From IMG/VR virus record IMGVR_UViG_3300020048_000039, positions 64,314 to 128,313 of that record: a stretch of DNA of 64,000 nucleotides; one strand, written 5' to 3'. This DNA is from a virus. The notes beneath the pieces are model-generated. The model was not told the DNA's origin. It worked only from the letters and a program-made list of their open reading frames with translations, and searched no databases. Both the position numbers and the translations under genes were made by a program. Shown here piece after piece: positions 44,191 to 53,962 of the stretch (the first letter of the stretch is position 1; each line of letters starts with the position of its first letter).

Positions 44191-45222
44191 ATGACAGTTA
44201 GAGGACAAGAATTTCATTCAATTATTAATAACGTTTTTGGCGAAGTAAATGGTTTGCAAGTATCTGAGCAACTGCAAATTAACTGTCCTGCTTGTCAAGA
44301 AAGAGAGGGTTTAGCATATCCTGACGGTAAGTTCAATTTAGAAATTAATACTGCCAAGAGAATGTTTCGTTGTTGGAAATGTGATGAACCACGATTTTCT
44401 GGTTCGTTAGGTAGGCTTATTAAATTATACGGTTCACGTATTGATTATGAAATGTATAAGTCCTATGCTCAAATTTATACTGATTATAGTGATGATTATG
44501 ATGGGGATGATGATGTTGAGTATGTTGGTGTAAAACTTCCCGAAGAAACAATTTCATTTGCGAACTTGGAAGTTGGAAATCCTGAACATTTTGAAGCCTA
44601 TAACTATTTAGTTGCTGAAAGAAAAATATCGAGAGACATAATATTGAAATATCGGCTTGGTTTTTGTACTACTGGAAAATATGCTAAAAGAATAATCATT
44701 CCGTCATTTGACGTGAATGGTGAGGTTAATTATTTTGTTGCAAGAAGTTATGACCCGAAAGTAAAGAAATTAAAATATTTGAATCCAAAAGTAGATAAAG
44801 ATAAGATAATTTTCAATGAAGGTCTTGTAAATTGGGATTCCTTAGTATTTATTGTTGAAGGAGTGTTTGACATGTTTCATGTACCTAATAGTATACCTAT
44901 ATTGGGGAAAAATATTTCAGAAACCCTTTATTTGAAATTAAAAGAATTTAAGCCTAAAATTATTGTTCTTTTAGACCCAGATGCATGGAAAAATGAAATG
45001 GAAATCTATCATACTTTAAAACTAATATATGATGATGAAGAGGATGAAAATAATATTCGAATCACAAATTTAAAAGGAAATTATGATATTGATGAAATTA
45101 ATAAAAATTTAGGAAAAGATGAAATCATTAGATTGATATATGGTGCAAGAAAATTAAATAATAATGATTGTTTTGACAATAAAATGACTTATGAAAAAAA
45201 TAAATTTAGAAACATTTATTAA
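44191..45222 (+). CDS. DNA primase (Zn finger + TOPRIM)
   Basis: NCPAC...CWKC; RIIIPS...YFVARS; IVEGVFD; LDPDA. Confidence 0.88.
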   Translation: MTVRGQEFHSIINNVFGEVNGLQVSEQLQINCPACQEREGLAYPDGKFNLEINTAKRMFRCWKCDEPRFSGSLGRLIKLYGSRIDYEMYKSYAQIYTDYSDDYDGDDDVEYVGVKLPEETISFANLEVGNPEHFEAYNYLVAERKISRDIILKYRLGFCTTGKYAKRIIIPSFDVNGEVNYFVARSYDPKVKKLKYLNPKVDKDKIIFNEGLVNWDSLVFIVEGVFDMFHVPNSIPILGKNISETLYLKLKEFKPKIIVLLDPDAWKNEMEIYHTLKLIYDDEEDENNIRITNLKGNYDIDEINKNLGKDEIIRLIYGARKLNNNDCFDNKMTYEKNKFRNIY

Positions 45223-46120
45223 TAGAGCTAATTTAATATATTTGGGATTCTACGATTATTCTATTTCTAAATATAATGGAATGAAAAACACATTAGAAAT
45301 TAAGTGTAAAAAGCATGGTACTTTTCAACAAACACCAGATAGTCATTTACATGGTCATGGTTGTCCTGAATGTGGGAAAGAAAAAAATTCACAAAAATTT
45401 ATTAAATTAAAATCTGATTTTATTAATGAAGCGAATATTTTACATAAAAATAGATATAACTATTCAAGTGTAAATTATATTGGAGCAAGAAATAAAATTC
45501 AAATACTTTGTAATAAACATGGTGTATTCATGCAAACACCTGATAGTCATTTACGTGGTAGAGGATGTCCGAAATGTGTAAATAGGAATTGTACGACAAT
45601 GGAATTTATTGAAAAGGCTAATTTTGTACATGATTATAGCTATAGTTATGAACAGACCAACTACATTAATCCAAAGTCTAAAATAACTATATGTTGTTCA
45701 AAACATGGTGAATTCACACAAACACCAAACAGTCATTTGAATGGTAGTGGATGTCCAGTATGTAAATCCTCTAAGGGCGAATTATGTGTTATTAAATTTT
45801 TAAAATTAAATAACATTGAATATATAAGACAAAAAAAATTTAAGAATTGTAAACATAAACATCTTCTTCCTTTTGATTTTTACCTACCACAACATAACAT
45901 ACTTGTAGAATATGATGGTGAACAACACAGTAGACCAATAAATTTTTTTGGAATTTCAAGTGATATCGCAGAATTAAATTTTCAGAAATTAAAATTATGT
46001 GATGAAATAAAGAGTAAATATGCTATGGATAATAACATTTATTTAATTAGAATATCACATAATATTAAAAACATTGAACAATTTCTTAAAAATAATTTGA
46101 ATTATCTCAACAAATCCTAA
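45191..46120 (+). CDS. Zn-ribbon repeat + PD-(D/E)XK homing-endonuclease-like protein (3 repeats)
   Basis: Third paralogue of 10518 and 22056; C.KHG.F.QTP.SHL.G.GCP.C x3; LPFDFYLP..NILVEYDG.QH. Confidence 0.8.
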   Translation: MKKINLETFINRANLIYLGFYDYSISKYNGMKNTLEIKCKKHGTFQQTPDSHLHGHGCPECGKEKNSQKFIKLKSDFINEANILHKNRYNYSSVNYIGARNKIQILCNKHGVFMQTPDSHLRGRGCPKCVNRNCTTMEFIEKANFVHDYSYSYEQTNYINPKSKITICCSKHGEFTQTPNSHLNGSGCPVCKSSKGELCVIKFLKLNNIEYIRQKKFKNCKHKHLLPFDFYLPQHNILVEYDGEQHSRPINFFGISSDIAELNFQKLKLCDEIKSKYAMDNNIYLIRISHNIKNIEQFLKNNLNYLNKS

Positions 46121-46752
46121 TGATTATAAAGGAAGAAGATACAATCCTAATTCAAGAAACCTTGGATGGGAATCAGGCAGCACAAAAAACTTTATACGAT
46201 AAGTACAAAATAATAGTAAAAAACTATCTAAAATTCAAGTATCCAAATAGTTATGAGATAGATGATGATGTTTCTGAAATTATGATTAGTGTCATAATGG
46301 ATTTACAAACGTTTGATGCCACCAAAGGGAAATTTAAGACTTGGGTGATGACAATCGCTAAGAATCACATGATTGATAGGTGGAGAGATAAAAAATTAAA
46401 ACTTACTTCATTTGATAATGTTTCCATTTGTACACTACAAATGGATGGATGGTCAGAAAGCTATACTGCTGTTTCAAACGATGGCTTCGCAAATACAAGT
46501 GTTAGCGTTTCAGATAATGTTAATAGTGTATTCACATCCACAAATGACTTAGATAATTGTAGCTCAATTAATTTCATATCAACGCAGCTATCACCGTCTG
46601 ATTATACTTTGTTGAATATGAAATATGTGCAAGGCTATAATTATCGTGAAATAGGTAGTGAATTTAATGCTACAAGTAGTACGATTAGTAATAAAGTAAA
46701 TTATATTAAAACTAAATTAAAAAAGAATTATCCTGAACTGGTCGAAGATTAA
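46120..46752 (+). CDS. sigma-70 family (ECF-like) RNA polymerase sigma factor
   Basis: AQKTLYDKY; FDATKGKFKTWVMTIAKNHMIDRWR (region 2); LSPSDYTLL.MKY.QGYNYREIG...STISNKV (region 4). Confidence 0.85.
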   Translation: MIIKEEDTILIQETLDGNQAAQKTLYDKYKIIVKNYLKFKYPNSYEIDDDVSEIMISVIMDLQTFDATKGKFKTWVMTIAKNHMIDRWRDKKLKLTSFDNVSICTLQMDGWSESYTAVSNDGFANTSVSVSDNVNSVFTSTNDLDNCSSINFISTQLSPSDYTLLNMKYVQGYNYREIGSEFNATSSTISNKVNYIKTKLKKNYPELVED

Positions 46753-46754
46753 AT

Positions 46755-46785
46755 AAAAAAAAGGGTCGCATTTAGCGACCCTTTT
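46755..46785. terminator. bidirectional intrinsic terminator
   Basis: aaaagggtcgc-attta-gcgaccctttt with A-run and T-run, between the convergent sigma and Hsp20 genes. Confidence 0.88.
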
Positions 46786-46786
46786 C

Positions 46787-47200
46787 TTACTGGATTTGGA
46801 TTTGCTTCTTACTCAATTTTTTTTCTTCTTTTTTAATCTTTGGAAGAATTGTGGTAAGTACGCCATCCTCAAATGAAGCTTGAATGTTATCTTTATCAAC
46901 CGTTTCTGGAAGGGTAAATGATTTTTGATACATACCTATGAACGATTCCTTACGATTATATTTAACATCTTTAACTTCTTTGCGTTCAGCCTTAATTGTT
47001 AAGGTGTTTTTGTCTACATCAATTGATGTGTCTTCTTTTTTTATTCCAGCTAAATGAAATTTAACAAGAAATTCATTATCGTTTTCGATAATATCGTGAA
47101 TTGGTTGCATTATTGTTGGTGTTTCGAAAGGGAATGTGAAGAAATCATCAAATAAATCCCTGAATAATACTGGTTTTGTGTTGTTTCCTAATAGTAACAT
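46787..47200 (-). CDS. hsp20: small heat-shock protein (Hsp20/alpha-crystallin)
   Basis: DIIENDNEF...LAGIKKED..I.VD.N.LTI.AER...G.YQKSF.LPE.VD...I.ASFEDGVL...LPK. Confidence 0.92.
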   Translation of the reverse strand: MLLLGNNTKPVLFRDLFDDFFTFPFETPTIMQPIHDIIENDNEFLVKFHLAGIKKEDTSIDVDKNTLTIKAERKEVKDVKYNRKESFIGMYQKSFTLPETVDKDNIQASFEDGVLTTILPKIKKEEKKLSKKQIQIQ

Positions 47201-47373
47201 AGTTTTTAGATTTTAATAAGATTATTTTTGGCATATTTAATCGAATTTTGTGCCAAAGATGAAAAATGCGACATTTTAACATATAGTACGACAATTTGGC
47301 AACAAATAATATTAATTTTTTTTTATTGTACAAGTATTTATTTTAAATAATTACACAATTAGCTTCATTTCAC

Positions 47374-48222
47374 ATGAGAAAATATGATATTAATGAAAAC
47401 TTTTTTGAAACAATTGATTCGGAAGAAAAGGCATACTTTTTGGGATTTTTATATGCCGATGGATATATAAACGAAAATTTAGGAATGGTGGATTTGACAA
47501 TACATAAACAAGATGTTGAAATATTGGATATTTTTGTCAAATATTTATTTCCAAATGGTAGACCAATAAAAATAATTCGTAATGATTATAGAAGATTGGT
47601 TATTAATTCTAAAAAAATTGTTGCTGATTTAAATAGGCATGGATGTTTTCAAAAAAAGACGTTTTTATTGGAATTTCCTTCGACAATTAATCATGAATTT
47701 ATTCATGATTTTATTAGGGGATATTTCGATGGTGATGGATGTGTTACCAATAATGACGGTGCGTTACGTATTTCGATAATTGGGGCAATTAATTTTTTAA
47801 ACGGTATTAAACATGTTTTTAATGAAAATTGTAATACTAATAATACAGTTTATGATGATAGACATCCAGAAAGAAATAATAATATTCGTGCTTTAAGATA
47901 TGGGGGGAATATATTAATAAATCGCATTTTTCATTACATGTATGATGACTCAACAATATGCTTGAATAGGAAAAAAAATAAATTCCTTGATATATTAAAA
48001 GATATGAATTACTTTTGCAATAAAGAATTTAGTAGGAAATCTCATGAAAAATATTATAATTATGATGGCATTGAATACAACAAATCGGATTTGGCTGATA
48101 TCTTATCTAAGAAAACAAACATTCTTTCATCAACAATAAGAAGAAAATTATATAATGGATGGACAATTGATGAAATTATTAAGATTCCACTTAATCATAG
48201 AAGAAAAACAATAAATAAATAA
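47374..48222 (+). CDS. free-standing LAGLIDADG homing endonuclease
   Basis: KAYFLGFLYADGYI and FIRGYFDGDGCV motifs. Confidence 0.88.
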   Translation: MRKYDINENFFETIDSEEKAYFLGFLYADGYINENLGMVDLTIHKQDVEILDIFVKYLFPNGRPIKIIRNDYRRLVINSKKIVADLNRHGCFQKKTFLLEFPSTINHEFIHDFIRGYFDGDGCVTNNDGALRISIIGAINFLNGIKHVFNENCNTNNTVYDDRHPERNNNIRALRYGGNILINRIFHYMYDDSTICLNRKKNKFLDILKDMNYFCNKEFSRKSHEKYYNYDGIEYNKSDLADILSKKTNILSSTIRRKLYNGWTIDEIIKIPLNHRRKTINK

Positions 48223-48226
48223 AATT

Positions 48227-51200
48227 ATGATAAATACAGTTTGTCATCTTGCCGACATACATATCCGAAAGAGTCCAACAAGGAACGCAGAATATGAAAA
48301 GGTCTTTAAAAATGTTATAGAATCCCTAACGAAGAAAAAACCAGATAGAATTGTAATTGTAGGCGACTTAGTTCATGATTACCTTGATTTACAGGGTGAA
48401 CAACTAATACTTGCAAGTAATTTCCTTGATGATTTAAGTAAAATTGCCCCTGTTCGTATAACAAGAGGAAACCATGATTGTAGAAAAAAGAATCTGAATC
48501 GAGTTGATTCAGTAAAGGCAATTGTAGATACTCTGCATAACAACAATGTGCTGTATTATGGTGAGACTGGTTTTTATGTTGACGATAATGTGATGTGGGG
48601 AGTCTGGCATCACGGTGAAAAAAATAATAATCCTTGGAAGTCAAAGGATGGTAAAAAAATCGACAAACTTAAATCTTTAAGCGGATATACTACAATAGAT
48701 TTATTCCACGACCCAATTAATGGCTGTATTTCCACAACTGGATTTGAAATGAAAAGCAAATCCTATTATAAGGTATCCGACTTCAAGGGCGACATATCTA
48801 TGCTTGGAGATATCCATAAACTTCAATACTTCGATAAAGGAAAGAAAGCCTATTGTAGTTCATTGATAGCACAGGACTTTGGCGAGGCTGATGACAATTT
48901 CCACGGATATTTATTGTGGGATATTAAAAAGGGTAAAGCCGAAGAAGTTCCAGTTGCAAGCGACTATTCATTTAAAAATATTAAGATTACACCATTTACT
49001 GATTTCGAAGACTTAGATTTCGAAATTGATAACCCAACAGATAATATGAAAATCAGATTTGTTTGGGGTACGTTACCACAAGGCAGAACTAAGGATGGTG
49101 AAAGGAAATTAATACAATATGTAAATAGCAAGTACAAGAATTGTATATATTCACATAAGAACGAATTTCTTGCAAACGAAAAAGTTGAGGTTAACGAAAA
49201 CGTTACTTTAGAAAACATAACAGATAAAGCAGTACAGCATGAAATTATCAAAGATTTCTTAATTAAAATTGGTACTGATGAAAAGGTCATTGCTGATGTT
49301 CTTGCTCTTGATGAAGAAATATTGGCGTTGATTGATGTTACTGACGACACAAGTACTGAATGGAGCATTATTAAGTTCGGTGGTACTAACTTCATGTCTT
49401 ATGCTCAATTAGATATTGATTGGCGTGATATGGATGGATTATTTCAGATAACTGGTGAGAATACCGCAGGTAAGACAACTATTATGAAATTAATATCATA
49501 TATCTTGTTCGGAAAAACACTTGAAACAGAAACACGTGTTAAGTTCGGTGATTCACGTTTTGTGAACAATAGGAATGGTGCTGATTATTGTGATGGATAC
49601 CTTGTAATAGAAGCCAATGGTGAATATTATGGTATTAAGAAGAAAACAGTAATCGAAAAAATGAAAGATGGTTCAGTTAAAGGCGCACCAACTACATTGA
49701 GTTATTATTTACTTGCAACACCAGACGATGAAATGAATGATAATAATTCATTGGAAACACTGGATGAAGACCGTAGAGTAAAAACACAGAAGATTATTGA
49801 GGGTATTATTGGTTCATATGAAAACTTCAACCGTATTGTTATGACCACATCAGATACACTTAATAGAATCCTTTCAAATGATATGGCTGTCTTCATTGAT
49901 TCATTATTGTTTGACTCAGGTTTGGATATATTTGATAAGAAACTTGAAGGGTTTAAAGTACATCAGAAAAAAATTAACGAAAAGTCGAGAGTTACTTGTA
50001 ATGTGGAAAATACAGAAGCACAAAACAAAACATTATTATCAGAAATAGCAATTCTTCAATGCGATATTGATACAATAGAAACTATTGACTTGCCAGATGT
50101 TCAAACAAGAATTACAACAGGTAGAACCTATGTTGAAACTCTAACGAAGAAACTATTCAAAATAAACCCCGAAATCTACAATTTAAACGTAGAAAGCACC
50201 AAAGAGAGTATTGGCATCCACGAAAAGAATATAGTTGATTTAAAGGCACGTAAAGCGGTTTTAGAGGTAGGTATTGTCCCACTGAAAGAAAAATATGATG
50301 AAAAACGTCTTGCTGACTTACTTGTGAAGAAAGACGAACAGAAAGCCAAAGAATATGCGTTGAAATTGGAGATAAAAGATGAAGAAAGTAAGATTAGTAC
50401 ACTTACCCACGAAAAAGAAATCGTAAATGGTAAAATCTTTAATCTTAAAAAAGACGGTCTTAAAAAGAAAGAAGAAATTGCCGAACTACATGCAAGTAAG
50501 ACTTGTCCTACTTGTGGTCAGGTATTAACAGCAGACCATCAAGCACACATTGATGAAAGCGTTCAGAAAACCGAAAAAGAAATGTTCGTTATTGCCGACC
50601 AAATTAAAGAACATTTGGCTACAATTGGAAGTACGAATGTCACAATTGAAACACATAAGATTGAAATCGCTTCAATTAAGGAAGATATCGAAAAGAAAAG
50701 TTTTGAAATGGAAGATACTCTAAATGAAATAGGAGTACTTACCAACGAAAAAAATGATGTTGAGAAGCGCAAAGAAATGCAAGTAGAGATTGACTCCATT
50801 CCGATGAAGATTCAAAATGAAGAACTTAAGATAGATATACTTCAACAGAAAATCGACAATTACGACAACAGCCTGAAACAAATTGAAGAAAATCATAATA
50901 TCGAAAAAGGCATGATTGCTGCAAAGTCTAAAATATCGTTACTTGAAGCAGAAGAAAGTGAAGATAAAGAAGATATTTACATTAAGAAGACTGCAATTGG
51001 TGAAAAGCGAGTTAAAATCAAAAATAATGATGTTTTGATGGCAGAATTTAAGATTCAGGAATATCAGGACATGGTTTTGGGATTATATAAGAAATGTGTA
51101 CATAGGGATGGTATTCCCCGTCAAATGTTGGCAAACTATATCTTACCAAAAATAAACGTTACTTTGGAGAACATATTATCAGTTGCACCATTTAAAGTAT

Positions 51201-51547
51201 GGCTTGATGCAGATGACCTACGACCTAAGTTAGTGTATAACAACAGACCCGCATCAATCATTGATTGCATATCTGCCAGTGGTAAAGAAAGAACGTTCTC
51301 AAGTATTGTATTGAAGTTTGCGCTGAATCAAATTAACGTTAAAGCAAAACCGACCATCTTCCTATTGGATGAAGTAATGGGTAAGTTAGACCCAAATGCT
51401 GTAGAAGAATTTATCGAAATGCTACAAATAATAAAAACACAAATGAAGAAAGTACTGGTAATTGAGTTGGTGCACGAAATTAATCCAGATTACTTATTAT
51501 CGGTACAATTAAGTGAAGAAGGAATATCATCAGTAACAATTGAATAA
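48227..51547 (+). CDS. fused Mre11/SbcD nuclease - Rad50/SbcC ATPase (T4 gp47-gp46-like)
   Basis: HLADIH, VGDLVH, RGNHD, LGDIH; Walker A GENTAGKTT; Zn hook CPTC; signature ASGKE; Walker B FLLDE. Confidence 0.88.
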   Translation: MINTVCHLADIHIRKSPTRNAEYEKVFKNVIESLTKKKPDRIVIVGDLVHDYLDLQGEQLILASNFLDDLSKIAPVRITRGNHDCRKKNLNRVDSVKAIVDTLHNNNVLYYGETGFYVDDNVMWGVWHHGEKNNNPWKSKDGKKIDKLKSLSGYTTIDLFHDPINGCISTTGFEMKSKSYYKVSDFKGDISMLGDIHKLQYFDKGKKAYCSSLIAQDFGEADDNFHGYLLWDIKKGKAEEVPVASDYSFKNIKITPFTDFEDLDFEIDNPTDNMKIRFVWGTLPQGRTKDGERKLIQYVNSKYKNCIYSHKNEFLANEKVEVNENVTLENITDKAVQHEIIKDFLIKIGTDEKVIADVLALDEEILALIDVTDDTSTEWSIIKFGGTNFMSYAQLDIDWRDMDGLFQITGENTAGKTTIMKLISYILFGKTLETETRVKFGDSRFVNNRNGADYCDGYLVIEANGEYYGIKKKTVIEKMKDGSVKGAPTTLSYYLLATPDDEMNDNNSLETLDEDRRVKTQKIIEGIIGSYENFNRIVMTTSDTLNRILSNDMAVFIDSLLFDSGLDIFDKKLEGFKVHQKKINEKSRVTCNVENTEAQNKTLLSEIAILQCDIDTIETIDLPDVQTRITTGRTYVETLTKKLFKINPEIYNLNVESTKESIGIHEKNIVDLKARKAVLEVGIVPLKEKYDEKRLADLLVKKDEQKAKEYALKLEIKDEESKISTLTHEKEIVNGKIFNLKKDGLKKKEEIAELHASKTCPTCGQVLTADHQAHIDESVQKTEKEMFVIADQIKEHLATIGSTNVTIETHKIEIASIKEDIEKKSFEMEDTLNEIGVLTNEKNDVEKRKEMQVEIDSIPMKIQNEELKIDILQQKIDNYDNSLKQIEENHNIEKGMIAAKSKISLLEAEESEDKEDIYIKKTAIGEKRVKIKNNDVLMAEFKIQEYQDMVLGLYKKCVHRDGIPRQMLANYILPKINVTLENILSVAPFKVWLDADDLRPKLVYNNRPASIIDCISASGKERTFSSIVLKFALNQINVKAKPTIFLLDEVMGKLDPNAVEEFIEMLQIIKTQMKKVLVIELVHEINPDYLLSVQLSEEGISSVTIE

Positions 51548-51570
51548 TATGGTTTTTAAAAAAGTTCAGG

Positions 51571-51579
51571 GTATTTATA
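51571..51579 (+). promoter_or_regulatory. GTATTTAT motif
   Basis: Intergenic, after the SbcCD fusion. Confidence 0.5.
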
Positions 51580-51638
51580 AATGATTCGAATTATTTTAAA
51601 TTATAAAAAATGGATTTAAAATTTTTAAATGGGATAAT

Positions 51639-51830
51639 ATGAGAAATGTTGAGAAAGAAAAGGCAGAACTAATAAAAAAATCATTACTTCTTATTCAGAA
51701 AATTGCTAATAACGACATTGGTGACTTAGATGGTAGATTTACTTCCGATGATTTTGATTCAGAAGAATTGTTGTTGTTAGTCAAGGATGCAAAAAAAATC
51801 ACAAGTAATGTTCATTGGAAATTAACATGA
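51639..51830 (+). CDS. small hypothetical protein
   Basis: 63-aa ORF with ATGA overlap to the next gene. Confidence 0.55.
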   Translation: MRNVEKEKAELIKKSLLLIQKIANNDIGDLDGRFTSDDFDSEELLLLVKDAKKITSNVHWKLT

Positions 51831-52879
51831 GAAAGAAGATGCCTAATGGATATTGGACATATGAGAAATGCTTCGAAGCAGCAAAATCGTGTACCAGTAG
51901 AACTGAATTCATATTAAGGTATGCCACAGCATATTCATATGCAAAAAAAAATATGTGGCTTGATGAATTTTATTCACATATGAAATTACTTGGAAATAGA
52001 CATAAAAGATGTATCTATTCTTATGAATTTATTGAAGAAAAATGTGTGTATGTTGGGTTGACATATTCTATTTCTGCGAGAGAAATGTATAGAAATTCTA
52101 ATGATAGAGACCAAGTAACTAAATACATCAACAAAACAGGATACGAGCCAATAATAAAACAATTGACTGATTATGTTGAAGTCGAAATTGCATCTAAATT
52201 AGAAGGAGAATATCTTAAACAATATGAAACAGATGGGTGGAAAATATTAAACGTTGCTAAAACAGGTGGTATCGGGGGGAATAGTTTGATTTGGACTAAA
52301 GAATTGTGTGATATTGAAGCAAAAAAATTTAACACAAGAAATGATTTTCGAATAAAATCGATAAGTGCCTATGGCTCTGCTTGGAAGAATGGGTGGTTGA
52401 ATGATATCTGTTTGCATATGGTTGACGGAAGAGTAATTTGGACTAAGGAAAAATGCATGAATGAAGCCAAATTATATGTCAATAAAAAGGAGTTTCAAAG
52501 AAAGTCATGTGGGGCATATAAATCTGCAATAAAAAATGGGTGGCTAAATGAAATATCATTACATATGAACAGACCCAAACGAACAACTAAGTGGACGTTT
52601 ATTAAATGTAGTGATATTGCAATAAAATGTAATAATAAAAAAGAATTTAGAATTATGTCAAGTGGGGCATATCAATCAGCAATGAGAAATGGATGGCTTG
52701 ATAGTATATGTAAGCATATGGATAGGCTACCCTATAATGTAATATATTGGACAAGGGAAAACTGTGAAAATGCAGCAAAAGAATGTAAAACGAAAATAGA
52801 ATTTTATAATAAATTTAGCGGGGCATATTATAGAAGTCGTGTAAATGGATGGTTGAATGAATTTTTTGAAAACAAATAA
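51827..52879 (+). CDS. GIY-YIG homing-endonuclease-like protein with WT.EKC repeats
   Basis: CIYSYEF...VYVGLTY...R...E..Y...GW..LN; at least four WT..KC...A.....EF....GAY..A..NGW units; ATG 51827. Confidence 0.78.
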   Translation: MRKKMPNGYWTYEKCFEAAKSCTSRTEFILRYATAYSYAKKNMWLDEFYSHMKLLGNRHKRCIYSYEFIEEKCVYVGLTYSISAREMYRNSNDRDQVTKYINKTGYEPIIKQLTDYVEVEIASKLEGEYLKQYETDGWKILNVAKTGGIGGNSLIWTKELCDIEAKKFNTRNDFRIKSISAYGSAWKNGWLNDICLHMVDGRVIWTKEKCMNEAKLYVNKKEFQRKSCGAYKSAIKNGWLNEISLHMNRPKRTTKWTFIKCSDIAIKCNNKKEFRIMSSGAYQSAMRNGWLDSICKHMDRLPYNVIYWTRENCENAAKECKTKIEFYNKFSGAYYRSRVNGWLNEFFENK

Positions 52880-52889
52880 TAAAATCAAT

Positions 52890-53351
52890 ATGGAAAATAA
52901 AAATTGGGATTTAAAATTTATGGAGCTTGCTGACCACGTAGCACAGTGGAGCAAAGACCGTAGCACTAAAGTAGGTGCTGTTATTGTAAGCGATGGCAAC
53001 CCAATATCTATGGGTTATAATGGATTTCCACGTGGAGTCGATGACGATATTGAGGAAAGACACGAAAGACCTTTGAAATATGATTGGGTACTTCATGCCG
53101 AAGAAAATGCTATTATTAATGCTGCAAGGCAGGGTAATAGAACTATGGGTACTGATATGTATGTAAACTGGTTTCCATGCTCAAAATGTGCAGGTCAAAT
53201 TGTAAATGCAGGAATTAAAAGACTTTTTTGCGATAAAGAGCCTGATTTTGATAACGTTACATTTGGAGCAGGATTTAGGCTGGCATTACAAAAATTAAAT
53301 GAAGGTGGTGTGAAAATCATATACATGGACTACGATGCACATAGACAGTAA
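52890..53351 (+). CDS. dCMP deaminase
   Basis: STKVGAVIV, GYNGFPRG, HAEENAI, PCSKCA; ATG 52890. Confidence 0.9.
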   Translation: MENKNWDLKFMELADHVAQWSKDRSTKVGAVIVSDGNPISMGYNGFPRGVDDDIEERHERPLKYDWVLHAEENAIINAARQGNRTMGTDMYVNWFPCSKCAGQIVNAGIKRLFCDKEPDFDNVTFGAGFRLALQKLNEGGVKIIYMDYDAHRQ

Positions 53352-53934
53352 AACATATTGGACAAAGGAAGTTAATAGGTATAATACTATTCAGCCTAAA
53401 ACACAAATTGTGTTGGCTACGAGTTTGAGAAAAGACCATAATCATATTTTAAGGTTGCAGCACAAAGAATTTGGCAAAACAAAAAAATGGAATACCTATA
53501 CTATTTCAAGAGAAGGATTAGTTTACCAACACTATGACCCAAAGAATCACACAGATTTCCTTGGCATTAAAGAAGCCGACAAGCAATCGATTTCGATTGT
53601 GTTAGAGAACATGGGTAGTTTATATGAACTACCTGACGGAACACATATCAATTGGCTTAACGAAGTCTGTGATGTAGATAGAGTTGTTGAGAAGAGTTGG
53701 CTTGGGTATAATTATTGGGAAGGTTTTACTGGTGAACAACTTGAATCAACAGCCGAACTATGCGCAAGCCTTTGTGATGAATTTGGTATTCATAAAAAAA
53801 TTATGGAATTTCATAATTTTCACAAGGATACGCAAAAATTCAGAGGTATTGTTTTCAGAAGTAATTATCTTGAGAGCACAAGTGATATCAATCCATTATT
53901 CGACATTTATGATTTCGATGAAATGCTTCGATAA
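53335..53934 (+). CDS. N-acetylmuramoyl-L-alanine amidase (Amidase_2/PGRP)-like protein, degenerate active site
   Basis: QIVLATS, YTISREG.VYQ, SISIVLENMG, FT.EQ.ES..EL...LC..FGI, FHN, DINP. Confidence 0.65.
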   Translation: MHIDSKTYWTKEVNRYNTIQPKTQIVLATSLRKDHNHILRLQHKEFGKTKKWNTYTISREGLVYQHYDPKNHTDFLGIKEADKQSISIVLENMGSLYELPDGTHINWLNEVCDVDRVVEKSWLGYNYWEGFTGEQLESTAELCASLCDEFGIHKKIMEFHNFHKDTQKFRGIVFRSNYLESTSDINPLFDIYDFDEMLR

Positions 53935-53940
53935 TTTACA

Positions 53941-53949
53941 GTATTTATA
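53941..53949 (+). promoter_or_regulatory. GTATTTAT motif
   Basis: 13 nt before ATG 53963. Confidence 0.6.
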
Positions 53950-53962
53950 TGAAAACCAAGAT

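Noticed and set aside
53684-53962. N-terminal extension of ORF 53684-54463 overlapping the amidase-like gene (possible second dual-coding case)
   Set aside because: The extension has no protein-like features. A GTATTTAT motif and ATG at 53963 give a normal non-overlapping start.
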